DNA of 64,000 bases from Octopus vulgaris (lineage: Eukaryota): contig OX597815.1 of NCBI GenBank assembly GCA_951406725.2, forward strand, positions 69,192,001 to 69,256,000. The letters run 5' to 3'. Shown piece after piece: positions 13,731 to 27,484 of this stretch; the first letter of the stretch is position 1; each line of letters starts with the position of its first letter. The translations under genes and the position numbers were made by a program. Under the pieces are notes generated by a model. That model saw nothing but the letters and a program-made list of their open reading frames with translations. It was not told where the DNA came from and did no database searches.

Positions 13731-13966
13731 TAAGGTGGCGAGCTGGCAGAAATGTTAGCACGCCGGGCAAAATGCTTAGCGGTATTTCATCTGCCGTTAC
13801 GTTCTGAGTTCAAATTCTGCCGAGGTTGGCTTTACTTTTCATCCTTCCGGGGCTGATAAATTAAGTACAAGTTATGCACTGGGGCCGATGTAATCGACTT
13901 AATCCCTTTTTCTGTCCTTGTTTGTCCCCTCTGTGTTTAGCCCCTTGTGGGCAATAAAGAAATAAG
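13731..13966 (+). mobile_element. SINE family B, full length (Deu/Nin-like central domain)
   Basis: tRNA-like head with B box gagttcaaattc, a central tttcatccttccggggctgataaattaagtac segment and an A-rich tail. Other copies lie at about 18233, 19905, 20107, 23200(-), 43901, 44558, 49548(-), 52087(-) and 53343. Confidence 0.85.
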
Positions 13967-15076
13967 AAAATGATATCACTTATATTTCTTTGGCACTTGC
14001 AAGCAACTATCAGTTGATGTCAAGACAAAGGGAAACATACATACATACATACATACATACACACACATATGTACACACATGCATACACACATACATACAC
14101 ATTCATACATACATACATGTGTGTGAGTATATGTGTATGTGTGTGAGTGTGTTTGTAACACCCCTACCACTGCTAGTACTTGAAAATCTTTGAGGGTTTG
14201 TTGACATCCTCATAACCTAGTAATTCAGCAAAAAGAGGTCAATATGTATCAGACTTGAAATAAGTGCTGGAGTTGTGTTTGACTAAATAAGTTCTTTAAA
14301 GCAGAGCTCCAGCATGGCCACAGTCTAATGACGGGAACAAATAATGATGGAATAAAACAAAAGAAAAAAAACTAAAATCTTTTGTAACAGAAATGCACAT
14401 GCACACACACACACGCACACACACACGCACACACGCACACACATACACACACACACCAGGTACTTTCATTGCTGAGTTTGATCAAACCATAAAATATAAG
14501 TTGACACACATACACATACAATCATCATCGTTTTATGTTCATTCTTTTTCTTCATGATTGTTTGAATGGGTTGTAACATAGTGTCTCACCATCTGTTGCA
14601 TTTCTCCATTATCTCACACGCGCACATACAAGACAACAAAGAAAATCACCTGCCTTTGTTATGTATATATATATATATATTATTTTGGGGGGTTTATTTT
14701 AGACACAGATGTTGCTGTGCACTTAAGAAGCTCAGTTTGCGATCACATCATTCCGGGTTCAGTCCCACTGTGCAACACCTTGGGCAAGTGTCTTCTACTA
14801 TAGCCCCAGACTGACCAATGCATTCTGAGTGAATTTGCTAGATTGAAACTATTGAAGCCTATTGTGTGTGTGTGTATGGCACAATGTAAAAGCACACCTT
14901 TGATACAAGTCTGATGAAGTGCCACCTTAATGTCTAACACCACAAATATTACATAAATTGTCATTTTGAATATTGCATAAACTGGCTTTGCAAGCAGAGT
15001 TGGTATAGAAACAATTGTAATGAATCATTAAAGATGTGTTAAAGGATTTCTTTGTCTTTTTATTTGGAGTATATAC

Positions 15077-15159
<83 letters not shown>

Positions 15160-15163
15160 CCTC

Positions 15164-15199
<36 letters not shown>

Positions 15200-15458
15200 G
15201 TATATATATATACCTTCTAATATAATATAATCTTCAACTAGTATAACTCAATATTCTAAAATATTATACCCAATAATAACTATTAAATTAATTATAACAC
15301 ATCAAGGTGTACGCAAATAATGAAATGAACAAATGAAATTAAACATTAGTTTTTCAGTCAACGTACACTTTGTGCATTGTACAAAAAGTATTAAAGGAAT
15401 CAAAATGGTATAGTATAGCATAGGCATCATGCCAAGATCAGATGATGATCAAAGTGTT

Positions 15459-16215
15459 CTATACTAGCTGAGCCTTCTCCATTGCCTTGACGTGAAGCTG
15501 GTTGCCCTTCATAAACATCAGCCTCTCAAAGTTACCATCTGGCAGGGTGACTCTTTTGGCCCTCAAAATATTTTTGCCTGTAGAGAAAAGGCACTCAACT
15601 GCAGCACTGGATGAGATGGTGGTGTTACACTTGGTGAACTGATCGATCAAGACCTGCTCACCGAAAAAGGCAACTTCAGTCAGGACCTCCTTTGAGATGG
15701 CCTCCAGCCAAGTCTTCACCAAGTTGTGCACCTTGGATTTCAGTGACCTGTGGCTCCTACTCTCCCCGAACCAAGTGATGTTGCTGATGAAATCATCTTC
15801 CTCATCTTCATTGCTGGTGGTGCTGCTACTCTTCATATTGGTCTCAATTAGGGCTGTCTCTATGATGGTCTCCATGGAGTTTGTTACTCTGCTAACCTGG
15901 CTGTTATTATACTGCACCAGCCAGGACAGGTGAAACTTAACATGGAATGTAGAAGCCAGCTGGTACTCCAGGTCTTCTAAGAGGAGCCCAAACCATTTTG
16001 TGATGCTTGCCAGTATCGTGTCTACTAGAGGACTACAGTACATGAGATGTTTGAACTTCAACTTCATGATGGTAGCCACTACAGTTGGCAGAAGGCACTA
16101 AAGATAAGCCTGGTCTTCCTACTGGATTTTATCTAAGGCCTTGGTAACATTAGACATCACCTAGGTGTACTCTGTCAGGAAGCCAACATCAAAATAAGTT
16201 AAGGTCTGCAGCGGT
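15459..16215 (-). pseudogene. hAT-superfamily transposase C-terminal fragment
   Basis: ORF 15459-16079 ends in a hATC dimerisation-like motif, SSAAVECLFSTGKNILRAKRVTLPDGNFERLMFMKGN. It is disrupted upstream. Confidence 0.85.
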
Positions 16216-16223
16216 GTCATCAC

Positions 16224-16543
16224 CAGAGGTGGACTGGGTCTAAAAATATTGGTTGCCAGGAGATTAAGGGGTCCCACTTGCAACTACAAGTACAAGCAGG
16301 TCCGCCCACAACTACAATGCTATCATTTAATTTTGTTTGTTAAAAGTATTCTTTTCAACTGTCTACAAACACAGCCAAGCTGAAATAATGCATTCTTCCA
16401 GAAGTGAATAAAAGCACTAATTAGCTGTTAGCAGATTAGCGGAACCATGGCTGTTCCTTAGGAGTCGATGTTACTGCCATTTTAACCTCAGGTGATGCCC
16501 CTTCCAGCTGGTATCCTCCTGATATATATTACAAGCAGGGGAG

Positions 16544-16588
<45 letters not shown>

Positions 16589-16848
16589 TATTGCAAGCAG
16601 GAGAGTAATACATATTGCAAGCAAGGGAGTGATATATATATATATATTGTAAGCAGAGCCCCTACCATCATCTAGCAGATGATGAGATTACCAGACCGTG
16701 TGGCTTCAAACTATTTGTGCTCACCGTTAGTGGTGGATACTTGTCTGCTAGAGATAGCAGTAGTTTGCTCCAGCTCACAATATATAGAAAAATAAAGTGG
16801 CAACAGTCACTGATCTTGCAACAGCAAAATAGCTAATAGTCCACCCCT
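16224..16848. mobile_element. Probable MITE truncating the hAT relic
   Basis: Left end CAGAGGTGGACT and right end AGTCCACCCCT form a short TIR. No clear TSD. Confidence 0.4.
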
Positions 16849-19104
16849 TATAGAGATTTTCTAACTAGCACACACACACACACATCATCCATCTTCATCA
16901 TTATGTCTGTTTTCCATGCTGGCATGGGTTGGTTGGACAGTTTGACAGGAACTCACAAGACAGAAGACTGTGCTGAGCTCCAGTTTCTGCTTTGGCATGA
17001 CTTCTATGGTTGATGCCTTTTCTAATGCCAAACAGAGTCTTCTCAGTGCTTTTTTTTTCCATGCCGTTGGAAACTCACAAGACAAGACCTTTCAACTGAA
17101 TCAGGGTACAGTATTGAGATAGGTGGCTTTATTCTAGGTGCTGAGAGGTTAAAGTGTGATAGAAGGACAGGAACAAGTGTTTTGCTGAAGAGGAGATATA
17201 TGGCTTCCTCGGTTGGAAAGAGAGAAAAGATGGTGAGACATACCCTCAAGGTATAAGGTGAATATTAAGATAAAGATAAGTGATGGAGAAACAGAAATAT
17301 AAGTTCATGAGAGTGTGAAAAGACTGATGGTTAGAGACAGACAATTACTGAAGTATAGTACATTGAATTATATGACAACATCTGCATCAACTTATGACCA
17401 GCACACACACACACACAAGATGGTCTTAAGTATGAGTGCACTTTCATTCTCATTAAGTACTTCCACCACCATCAATAACAACATTTAGGTCCTTGTTGAT
17501 AACAGCACAATGGAAGACATGACTATTGAGACAGTTGAGCTGTTGTTGTTTAGCCTCATGACTAAACTCTTAATCCAGCATACTTAATTTTATGGCACTG
17601 GTGCAATTGAGGTTACCATGCAAAACTATGATCCTGTTTGATTGAATGAGATTACAGTAGAGATGGAGTTGGTATTATGCTAGGATATGAGCAGTTAAAG
17701 TATGAGGGAAGGGATCAGAACAAAACAGGTTTCTTGCTGTAAAGGAGCTCATAGCTATTTCATGTTACAGGAAAATTAAGTGGAGAGAGAGATAAATTAG
17801 TGGTGGTGAAGTGTAAGGGTAGACTCTCAGGGTACAAGGCAAATAGAAGTGAGTAGGGACAGAAGATCAGGATGTGTTGGTGAGTAGAGGTTGCAAGAGT
17901 GTAGAAAATCATCAAGCTAAATGATCAAATTAACCTTATTCTTACAAGAGAAATGAAATGATGATGATGACTGTAAGCTTCAAGTCTCTTTCTAGTGTTG
18001 GATAACCCCTTCAACATAGATTTAATGATTAGGGGCTTCATATTCAAGATAGGGAGATTAAGAAACTTTCATATGAAGTAATGTTGTGAGTGCTCTGTTA
18101 GGGCTTTGTGTTTATGAATCTTTGAGGTTACTTTTATCAACTGTAATTTTTGTTTCAGTGTGTAATATGAAGACTGTAGAGGGGTTATAGTAATTTTGTT
18201 TTCGGTATGTGAATTGTAATATTTATAGTGTTGAAGGTAGTGAGCTGGCAGAATCATTAGTATGCTGGGCAAAATACTTAGTGGCATTTCATCTGTCTTT
18301 ACATTTTGAGTTCAAATTCCATTGAGGTCGATTTTAACTTTCATCCTTTTGAGGTTGATAAAATAAGTACCAGTTGAACAATGGGGTTGATGTAATTGAC
18401 TTAATCCCTCCACCGAAGTTGCTGGCCTTGTGCCAAAAATATGAAACCAATATTTATAGAATTGAAACCCAACAATTGGCTGTATTTCCTTGATATTGTT
18501 AGTAAGAAGCAAGATGTTAGATTTTGTATGCCTAGTTTGTAGATGTTTAATGTGGAACTGAACCCAAAAGCACATGGTTGGGAAGCAAGCTTTTTAACCA
18601 TACAGCAATGCCTGGACCTATGTATATCTGTGATTATATTAGTCTCTGAATCTTGAGCATATTTAGATTTCCTTATTTCTTTTCTGGTACCTAATGGCTA
18701 CATGGGGCCCAAATCCATTGTGTAGGTGGAGCAGGGGTAATTTGCATTTAAGCTTTTTTGTTTTCTTTGTGATTAATGTTGTTGAAACATGAGTATGTTA
18801 CTTCAAGTTATGACATGAAACATGAATGTTTCATGGTTAATAAATATTTACCTGATTTTCTGGATTTTAGTGGTTTATTCTCTTTATTATTTTCTATGTT
18901 ATTTTTAATGTTAAGTTTTATTTCTGTGAGGTATTCGCATGTTGTGTATGGCATTATCCTTATGTATGACATTATCCTTAGTTTTATCCCTGTATGTGTG
19001 TCAGTGACAATTGTTTAGGATGTAAAAGAAGATTAAATGTGATATCTCTACATTATCTCTCCTTCTTTTAATATCTCTTTTACTTTTGTACAAGGAATAA
19101 TGTG

Positions 19105-19680
19105 TTCATCATCATCATCTAGTTTCCATCGTCAGTTCTGGCATAGTCTCTATGACCTGATGCCCTTCCTAATACCAACCACTCCACACAGTATATTGGG
19201 TGCTTTTTATATGGCACCAGCACCAGTGCTTTTCATATGGCACCAGCACTGGTACTTTTAATATGGCACCAGCATCAGTATCAATTCTGCTATGGTTGAT
19301 GGGTCTTCTTGAAAACATCAGATATGTTGGTACCAGATATCTTGGTCCTTTGTCATCTCCTTTATAAGACTCAGTATTTTGAGATCAACCATCACTACTT
19401 CATCCCATGTCTTCCCAGGTCTTCCTTTTCCTCAAGTTCCATCTACTTTAAGTGATTGGCACTATCCTCATCCATTTGCATCACATGACCACACCAGCAC
19501 TGTCTTCTGTCTTGCACACTGCATCTAATTCCTTTTATACCAAACTTTTCTCTCAACACACTAGCTCTCTGTCACACTTGTACACAGAAATTGCACATCC
19601 AATGGAACATACTTGCTTTATTCCTCTCTAACCTTCATATGCCTACTGCATTCAGAGCCCATGTCTCACTACTATGAGTG
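19105..19680 (-). mobile_element. RTE LINE 3' fragment (end of ORF plus 3' UTR)
   Basis: Reverse complement resembles 60580-60900 (SETWAL..., RKTWDE motifs) plus the (CAT)n tail. Confidence 0.8.
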
Positions 19681-20639
19681 TTGTGCATATTAAATTTCCC
19701 CAATTATATTGTTTAGGAATGTGCTAAGTAGGGTGTGCAGTCTTGCAGAATGGTTTTATGGTGGTTTTAACTGTGGTTATTGTTATCATTGTTTTTACCC
19801 TAAGTCAATCTGATTAAGCAGACCTTTGATTCGCAACTTTCCAACCATGACCATTCCATCTTTTTAAGTTATCGAGAACCACATTATTCCATTTTTAATA
19901 TGTGTAAGCTGGTGAGCTGGAAGAATCATTAGCATGTTTATGTTCTGAGTTCAAATTCTGCCATGGTTGACTTTAGCTTTTCCTCCTTTTGGGATCAATA
20001 AAATAAGCACCAGTTGAACACTGGGGTTGATGTAATCGACTTGCCCCCTCCCCTGAAATTGCTGGCCTTGTGCCAAAATTTGAAATCAATAATACATCCA
20101 CGTAACTAAGGTGGAAAGCTTACAGAATTGTTAGTATGCCAGATAAAATGCTTAGCAGCATTTTGTCCATCTTTATATTCTGAGTTCAAGTTTCCATTCA
20201 TCCTTTTGGGGTTGATAAAATAAGTACCAGTTGAGAACTGGGATTTTATGTAATCAACTTACCCTCTCCACCGAAATTGTTGGCCTTGTGCCAAAATTTG
20301 AAATCAATATTATAAGGGTATGATTCAAGGAAGACTTGGCTGCTATTTCTAGCAGATCAAGTGACTACTTAAAAGCTCCCTCATTGGCTTACATTGATAT
20401 CTTTACTGTTGCTGTCTTGAATGCCTATATTTCTAGCCTTGTTTACGTCTGAGTAGTGTTTGTGATATCAATGGAATACATATATATATATATATATACA
20501 TGGCATTATGTCTGTTATGATGTCTCCACTGTGGCTTGGGCTAATGCTGTTGTTGTTGTGATTCTTGTAGTTATATTGCTGACCTGTTACAGTGACATGT
20601 TATGATGGTATTTTTTTAATTAGGTGCCAGGGGCGAGGT

Positions 20640-21105
20640 GATAGCTGTGGTGATGTTGATAGTGGTGATGGTGGTGGCAGTGATTACCTGCTGTAATATT
20701 TTAGCGAGTTAATGCTTTGCAGTAGTGTTGTAATGATAGTGGTGATAGTGGTGATGATGCAGTGATGGTTGTAGTAGTATTGATGGTGGTGATGTTTGCA
20801 AAAGTGCTGATTGTGGTGGTAGTGATGGTTACAGTAGTATTGGTGGTATATGTAATGTAGTAGTAGTAGTAGTAGTGGTGGTGGTGGTGGTGGTGGTTGT
20901 GGTGTGGTTGTGGTGGTGGTGGTAGTGGTGCTAGTAGTAGTAGTGTTGTTGTTATTGGTGGTGGTGTTGGTGGTGGTGTTGGTGGTGTTGGTGGTGGTGG
21001 TGGTGGTGGTGGTGGTGGTGTTGATGGCAGCGGCAGTGGCAGCAGTGGTTGTGGTGATGTTGGTTGCTGCAGTAGTGCTGGTTGTGGTGATAGCATGTGG
21101 TGGTG
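20640..21105. repeat. (GGT/AGT)n-rich low-complexity tract
   Basis: Direct observation. It is the source of the poly-T/P/H/G ORFs. Confidence 0.9.
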
Positions 21106-21477
21106 ATGTATGCAAACCCTAATCCCTATCTTTATCTCCTTTCCAGCTACTCTCACTCGCCTTCACATAATGCAGAGAAGCCATCTATTTCCTCTACACT
21201 CCCCTCTCAAATACTCTCTCCACTCAGTCAAGGTGGATTTTTCCTTTTCTTTTCTTTACTTAGTCTTGCAAGTTACTTGGCAACCTCACTAGTACCAGTG
21301 GTGCAGAAAGAACACCCAGTACTCACTGTAAAGTGGTTGGCAGTAGGAAGGACATCTAGCTGTAGAAACCATGATAAGCAGTTATCCCCATTTAAATGTA
21401 GGTGTTTTACTAGAATAAACTATACTGTGGAAGTTACCATAAGAGAAACTCTCATATTGACTTTTGATGCAAAATGC

Positions 21478-21706
21478 TCTCTTACTCTTTTACTTGTTTC
21501 AGTCATTTGACTGTGGCCATGCTGGAGCACTGCCTTTAGTCGAGCAAATCAATCCCAGGACTTATTCTTTGTAAGCCTAGTACTTATTCTATCAGTCTCT
21601 TTTGCTGAACTGCTAAGTTACAGGGACTTAAACACACCAGCATCGGTTGTCAAGCGATGTTGGGGGGACAAACACAGACACACAAACATATACACGCACA
21701 TACATG

Positions 21707-21785
<79 letters not shown>

Positions 21786-21946
21786 GGGCTTCTTTCAGTT
21801 TCCGTCCACCAAATCCACTCACAAGACTTTGGTTGGCCTGAGACTATAGTAGAAGGCACTTGCCCAAGGTGCCATGCAGTGGGACTGAACCCGGAACCAT
21901 ATGGTTCGTAAGCAAGCTACTTATCACACAGCCACTCCTACGCCTG
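21478..21946 (-). mobile_element. SINE family A, full length, with expanded (TA)n
   Basis: Reverse complement of 12388-12812. Confidence 0.9.
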
Positions 21947-22170
21947 TTTATATTGTTAGCAGGGAGAAAAATCCCCTTTACCTTCAGCACTGGAATCATG
22001 TGATTTCAACCTTGTTTGGTCTTGTCAATGATGGATGTTTGACCGTTAGAGATAGTAGCAGCTCATCTCCCCGTTAGCAATATATCGACTGACAGTGCAA
22101 GAACAGGCACTGGAGTCATGATTAGCCAGTGAGCTTGTTAAAAAATATATATATTAGCAATAGAGGTAGT

Positions 22171-22649
22171 GTTAATAACAAGAGATAATATTAACCCTTT
22201 AGCATTCAGATTATTCTGTAAAATGTAAAGCTTATGTATTCACACCATGTAAAATTAATCTTGTATCATTTCATGGCTTTGAGAATTCAATGATGTGATT
22301 CTTTATTTTTAAAATAACACAATAAAATAGCTATGAATGACTATATCTGAATAGTTTGAACATAAAATAGGTAAAATATTTTAGCCGGATATGGCCGGTT
22401 TAAACACTAAAGGGTTAAACAAGCAGTAATACTAAATGACTGGATTTTGCCCCCAAAAGCCAATATAAGAGTTTCTCTCATAGTAACTATTGCAGTAAAG
22501 TTTGTTCTAATAGAACATTCACATTGTATTAGAACAAACTAACTATACTGCAATAGTGACCATGAGAGAAACTCCCATATTGGCTCTTTGGGGCAAAATC
22601 TAGTCATTTAGTATTACCGCTTGTTTAATATTACCTTTGTCGTTAATAT
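22171..22649. mobile_element. Palindromic (fold-back) MITE interrupted by a piggyBac-type MITE
   Basis: Arms acaagcagtaatactaaatgact...gtttgttctaata and tattagaacaaac...agtcatttagtattaccgcttgt are inverted. Symmetry continues left of the insertion. Confidence 0.8.
22195..22414. mobile_element. piggyBac-type MITE
   Basis: TTAA|CCCTTTAG...CTAAAGGG|TTAA with a TTAA TSD. Related copies lie at about 45279-45470 and about 47022-47243. Confidence 0.85.
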
Positions 22650-23098
22650 CTGCTCATGCTAAATGACTGACATTGGAGCCTGACACAGCTCTGTGATTCA
22701 TTTGACCTTATCAAACTGACCAACACATGCCAACATGGAAAATGGACATTAAATGATAATTACAATTATTATTCAGTAGTCTTATTTTTATTTTTATTGT
22801 GTGTTTTGTGTGCTTTCACTGCACTATCAAGCATGTGTGCCTCGGGTATGTGCTAGGGTTTTTGTTTCGGTGTTATTTTTATTGTATTGAAAGCATTCTA
22901 ACATAAGATGTAGTGCTATATTCTGTATGCTATATATATATATATATATATATATAAACAAAGATAAATGCGATACAATAAAATTAATTATAATCGCCGG
23001 TGTACCAGTACACGCCATATATTATACATATATCATTACATTCAAGGCGAAGAGTGCACTAGATACACAAAAGCTGGATAAATTTAGTGAGATGAAAA

Positions 23099-23132
<34 letters not shown>

Positions 23133-23967
23133 GTCCTGGGGTTTTGGCTATGTATTTGTCTGCATGTTATTTTGACTATACCTAAAGTACTTATTTTTGG
23201 TTTCAAATTTTGATACAAGGTGATCAATTACAGGGGAGGGAGAAAGTTGATTAAACTAACCCCAGTGCTCAACTGGTACTTATTGACCCCAAAAAGATGC
23301 GAGACAAAGTTGACCTTGGTGGAATTTGAATCTAGAATGTAAAGACAGATGAAATGCCACAAAGCATTTTGCCTGGCATGCTAATGATTCTGCCTGCTCG
23401 CAACTTTTAAAGTACCTATTATTAAAAATATATAATGAACTTATTGTATACAGTGCTCAGGAGCACTACACCTCATCAGAAAAAGCAATCAAAACTGCAC
23501 AAACAGTACATAGAATATATAAGGATTATTTCTGTTTGCAGGCCCAAGTGGATTATTTCTATTTCCAAATCTTTGTATTTTGATAAGTAATGTGTGTTGC
23601 CACTTCAGCATAGCTGTTCTGTATGAACCAACATTACTACCATTTTTAACCCCAAGAGGAAGCTTCCTCTAGCTGGTTATCGATGCAATCCTCACTTGAC
23701 ATATATTGCAATCAGGGGAGTGAACCTCAACCATCTTGAAGTGACTTGACAGGACCAGCTATTTTGGACTATTTTTGCTCATCCTCAGTGCTAGGCACCT
23801 GTCAGCTACAGATGAAATCTTTATTAAGATCACTACGGATTGAAACATAGAATGGGCACATTACAAGACAGACAAATACAAAATGTTGGATGAGTTCAAA
23901 TGATTATAATAAAAATTTACTTATATAAAATTTAATAAAATAATTAATTTCAGCTTTCCACTAGAAC

Positions 23968-24320
23968 TTTTTTTTTTCCAAAACAAAAATCATAAACAGA
24001 AGAAATAAAGAATATGAAACAGAAAAAAATGAACCCAGCAGCCTTTTAGGCCCAGCAACTTGCTTTTCCTTTCCTCGATGATTAAGCTGGGTTACTAGCA
24101 CCCACCTTTTTCATCACTTCCTTCCATTGTTGCTCATGTTCACTCGGCACCAGTGTCCTCTTTTCCCATCTTGCTCTTCAGATGGTATTTGAAGTAAGAT
24201 AGCAAACCGGGGCTGGAGACGAAGAACCCTGTCACAGAACTTTCTATTCTTGTTCTCCAAACACACTCTTTCAGTACAGCAAACGTACAGGACAAATAAC
24301 AGAAAAATAAGTGACAATCA
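23968..24320 (-). mobile_element. Probable L1/Tx1 LINE 3' end
   Basis: Minus strand reads FAVLKECVWRTRIES...LLSYFKYHLKSK, then after a frameshift ...EQQWKEV, resembling a Tx1 ORF2 C-terminus. An A-tract follows downstream. Confidence 0.55.
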
Positions 24321-24333
24321 GTCAGTGTTCTTG

Positions 24334-25067
24334 CAACAAGGAAAGTAGCAAGTTAGAAAATCTCAGTAAGCGATGAAAGTAGTAACTATACTGAAAAGTA
24401 ATGCTTGTCATTACTTCAGCATGGATGCTTCATACAAACCAGCATTACAGAACAGCCATGTTGAAGTGGCGACAAACATTACTATAAATCCTCGAGTATA
24501 ATCCGCATTTTTTCCCCAAAATTTAAAGGTCAAAATCCCTGGTGCGTACTATATACGGGGTTAAAAATGAAAAATATTTTCTAAGCAATGTTTGAGTCTC
24601 TACTTGCTGTCTGGCAATGTTTATTCAGACACATTTTGTGATGTCGGGTGCAAAAATACCTTAAGCTAAGCCTGAAAGCAATGAAGTCATAAAAGAATCA
24701 TCCATAACTTGCAGTAAGCAACATTTATTAAACGTTATTACTGTTATTACTGTTATTTCTTTATTTTCTGCAAACAAAAGGCACAAAAAAGTCACATGTT
24801 TGCATTATGTTATATATACAATAATAATAAAGGATGTTACCATATACATTTTTACAAACCAAGGACGTTATATAGACCTCCTTGACTCAAGTTAGAGAAG
24901 GGGTGCATATTATACACAAGGGTTAGGTTTTTCAGAGGTACAGCTCCCTAAGAATCCCCTGCATATTATACTCAAGGGCGTACTATACTCAAGGATTTAT
25001 GGTACTTCTCAGTATAGTTACTAATTTCATCACTTAGAGAGATTTTCTGATTAGCTACTTTGCTTGT
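24334..25067. mobile_element. Fold-back element split by a MITE insertion
   Basis: 24340-24435 is the inverted complement of 24447-24481 plus 25005-25067. A partial copy lies at 23586-23625. Confidence 0.65.
24482..25002. mobile_element. Tc1/mariner-pogo-type MITE
   Basis: TA|CTATAAATCCTCGAGTATAA...TATACTCAAGGATTTATGG|TA gives TIRs and a TA TSD. A terminal fragment of the same family lies at 61750-61821. Confidence 0.8.
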
Positions 25068-25389
25068 ATTTTGATACTTTCACCATATCTTTTAGAGATA
25101 TATTGTTTATCAATTGGTTTTTTATGGAGGGAAAGGGCAGTGTGGTGGTGTAGTGTTAGATACAACCAGATTCCCACCAGACTATATGCCAAGGGGTATT
25201 AAATGACATTCCTTTACATTCAGGTTTCAAAGCCTTTTGGGAACAACTGCCTCTTTAACCTCTTTAGGGATCAATAAAATAAGTACCAGTCATAAAACAG
25301 GGTTCATAAATCAACTGTGTCCTTCTCCCAACAAATTTGAGGACCTTGAAATAATGTGAAGAATTCCTATTTATTGTGTTTGTAGGATG

Positions 25390-25920
25390 GTGTTAGGTGG
25401 GGGAGACATGAAGTAACTGAAGGCAGTGGTGCTGGTGGTGGTGATGATGATGATGGTGGTGGTTGTGAGAGTAATGATGGTGGTTGTGGTGGTGATGATG
25501 GTGGTGAGGTTGGCGGTGTGAAACGCAGTGGCTGCAGCTGTTGTTGTTGGTGTTTGGGAAAAATTTTGTGGCTGCAGTTGGTGGTAGTGATGCAGATGAT
25601 TGAATGCAGTGGATGCAGTTGTTTGATGGTGGTAGTAGTGGTGGTGGTGGTGGTGGGTGATAGACTGCAGTTGAGTTGTTTTTGGCATTGTTGGTAGTGG
25701 TGGTGGTGGGAACGATAAAATGCAGTGGCTGCAGGTGGTGGTGGTGGTGGGGTGGATGATGGGAATAATCGAATGCAGTGACTGCATTTGTTGTTGCTGA
25801 GGGGTATGATAATATGCAGTGGTGGCTGCAGTTGTCGTTGTTGGTGGGGAAGATAAAATGCAGTGACTGCAATAGATGCTGATAGATGAAGACTACCAAA
25901 ATATGCAGCTGCCAGCCAAA
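25390..25920. repeat. Degenerate minisatellite (tgcagtggctgcag units in GGT-rich background)
   Basis: Recurrent aatgcagtg(g/a)ctgcag motif. Confidence 0.7.
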
Positions 25921-27322
25921 TGCATTTGATGATATTATCAACAACATGGAGTGACTTGCTCCATTTCAAATGTGTAAGGCAGTCAAGGCCTAGTAGTTAC
26001 AAAGGAGGAAATGTGTATGTGTGTGTGTTTGTATTTTATAGTCAGTGTGTGTCTGTCTATGAATGTGTGTGTTTGTATGTCTACTTGTGTTGGTGGTGGT
26101 GTTCATGTTATATTTTTGTTGTTATGTGTCTTCCTGTGTTGGTATAACTGTCTATATGTGGTATTCTGTTATTTTCTACGTATGTGTGTGGGCGTGTGTG
26201 TGTGTATGTGTGTAAAGGTGAAGTATCTGCATGTAATCTATCTTATGTTTGTACTTATTTTGGTGTGTGTGTGTGTCTGTGAGAGATTGTGTCTGTGTAT
26301 GCATAAGTATGATTGTGTGTGTTTGTGTATCTCGCTGTGTTGCTGTTTTTGTGTTATGTGAACATGGTGGTCTCTGCATGTATTTTTGTTGTGTGTCTAG
26401 ATGTTAACATGACTGCATGTGTGTGTGTATGTGTGTGTGTGTGTATGTGTGTGTGTGTGTGTGTATGTGTGTGTGTGTGTATGTGTGTGTGTGTGTGGGT
26501 GATGTCGTTGTATATAATTATGTATTTGTGTATTCATGTTAGTGTGTGTAGGACCATTGTATGTTCAAGCATATCTGTGTCTGTGCGAGATGATAATGAC
26601 TGTATATAAGTCATTGAATTAGCTTGTGTAGCTGGAGGAATGGTGGTAGTGGTTGTGGTGGCGGTGGTGTGTGGTGTGTGTAAGTTGGTTGTGGTTGTGT
26701 ATATGTAATTAAATCCATTTGTGTATATATGTAAATGGGTAGGTAAATGTGTATGTGAGAGAGATAAAGATAGACAGATAGACAGACAAAGAGGGAGAAA
26801 GGAAATGGTTGGAGTGCAACACTGACCTTAAGTAGAAAAAAAAGTACAGAAGAAAAACAAAGTACTTTGGTCAGAGGAAGGAGAAAGAGTGGGAGGGAGA
26901 GGTAGAGAGAGAGAGAGAGAGAGAGAGAGAAGGAAGGAGAGAGGGAGAAAGAAAAGTGTGTAGGTGGGTGAGAGGAAGAGAAGAAAGCAGAACAAAGCAA
27001 TGAAAAACAAAGCAAAATAGTAGAGCCAGAAAGCAAGAGGGGAAGGAGACAGAGAGAAAACGACAATGGAGAGTGGTGACAAATAAAGCAAGATCAACAA
27101 ATATGTGTGTGTGTATGTGTGTGTGTATGTGTGTGTGACCTCACTGGTGCTTGTGTCATGATAAAAAAACATCCAGTACATTCTAAGGTGTAAGGAAGGG
27201 CATCTAGCCATAGAAATCTTATCAAAATAGAGACACTGGTGCATATTGAAGACATCCAGCTCAAGAGCCCAACACCCAAATGTCTGGGTGATGTGTCTTC
27301 CCTACACACACATTATTAATAT

Positions 27323-27406
<84 letters not shown>

Positions 27407-27449
27407 AAGAAAGAGAGAATGCAAGAGAGAGAGAGAGAGAGAGAATGCA

Positions 27450-27484
<35 letters not shown>

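Noticed and set aside
14905-15025. CTGATGA ... GAAACAATTGTA as a second hammerhead
   Set aside because: No helix I or helix II pairing could be found between the motifs.
23445-23490. Minus-strand CTGATGA next to the hairpin agtgctcaggagcact
   Set aside because: No GAAA core follows. More likely a LINE 3' terminal stem-loop.
24086-24230. Exon-like block with AG/GT boundaries on the minus strand
   Set aside because: The reading frames contain stops, and the translation is better explained as a Tx1-like LINE end.
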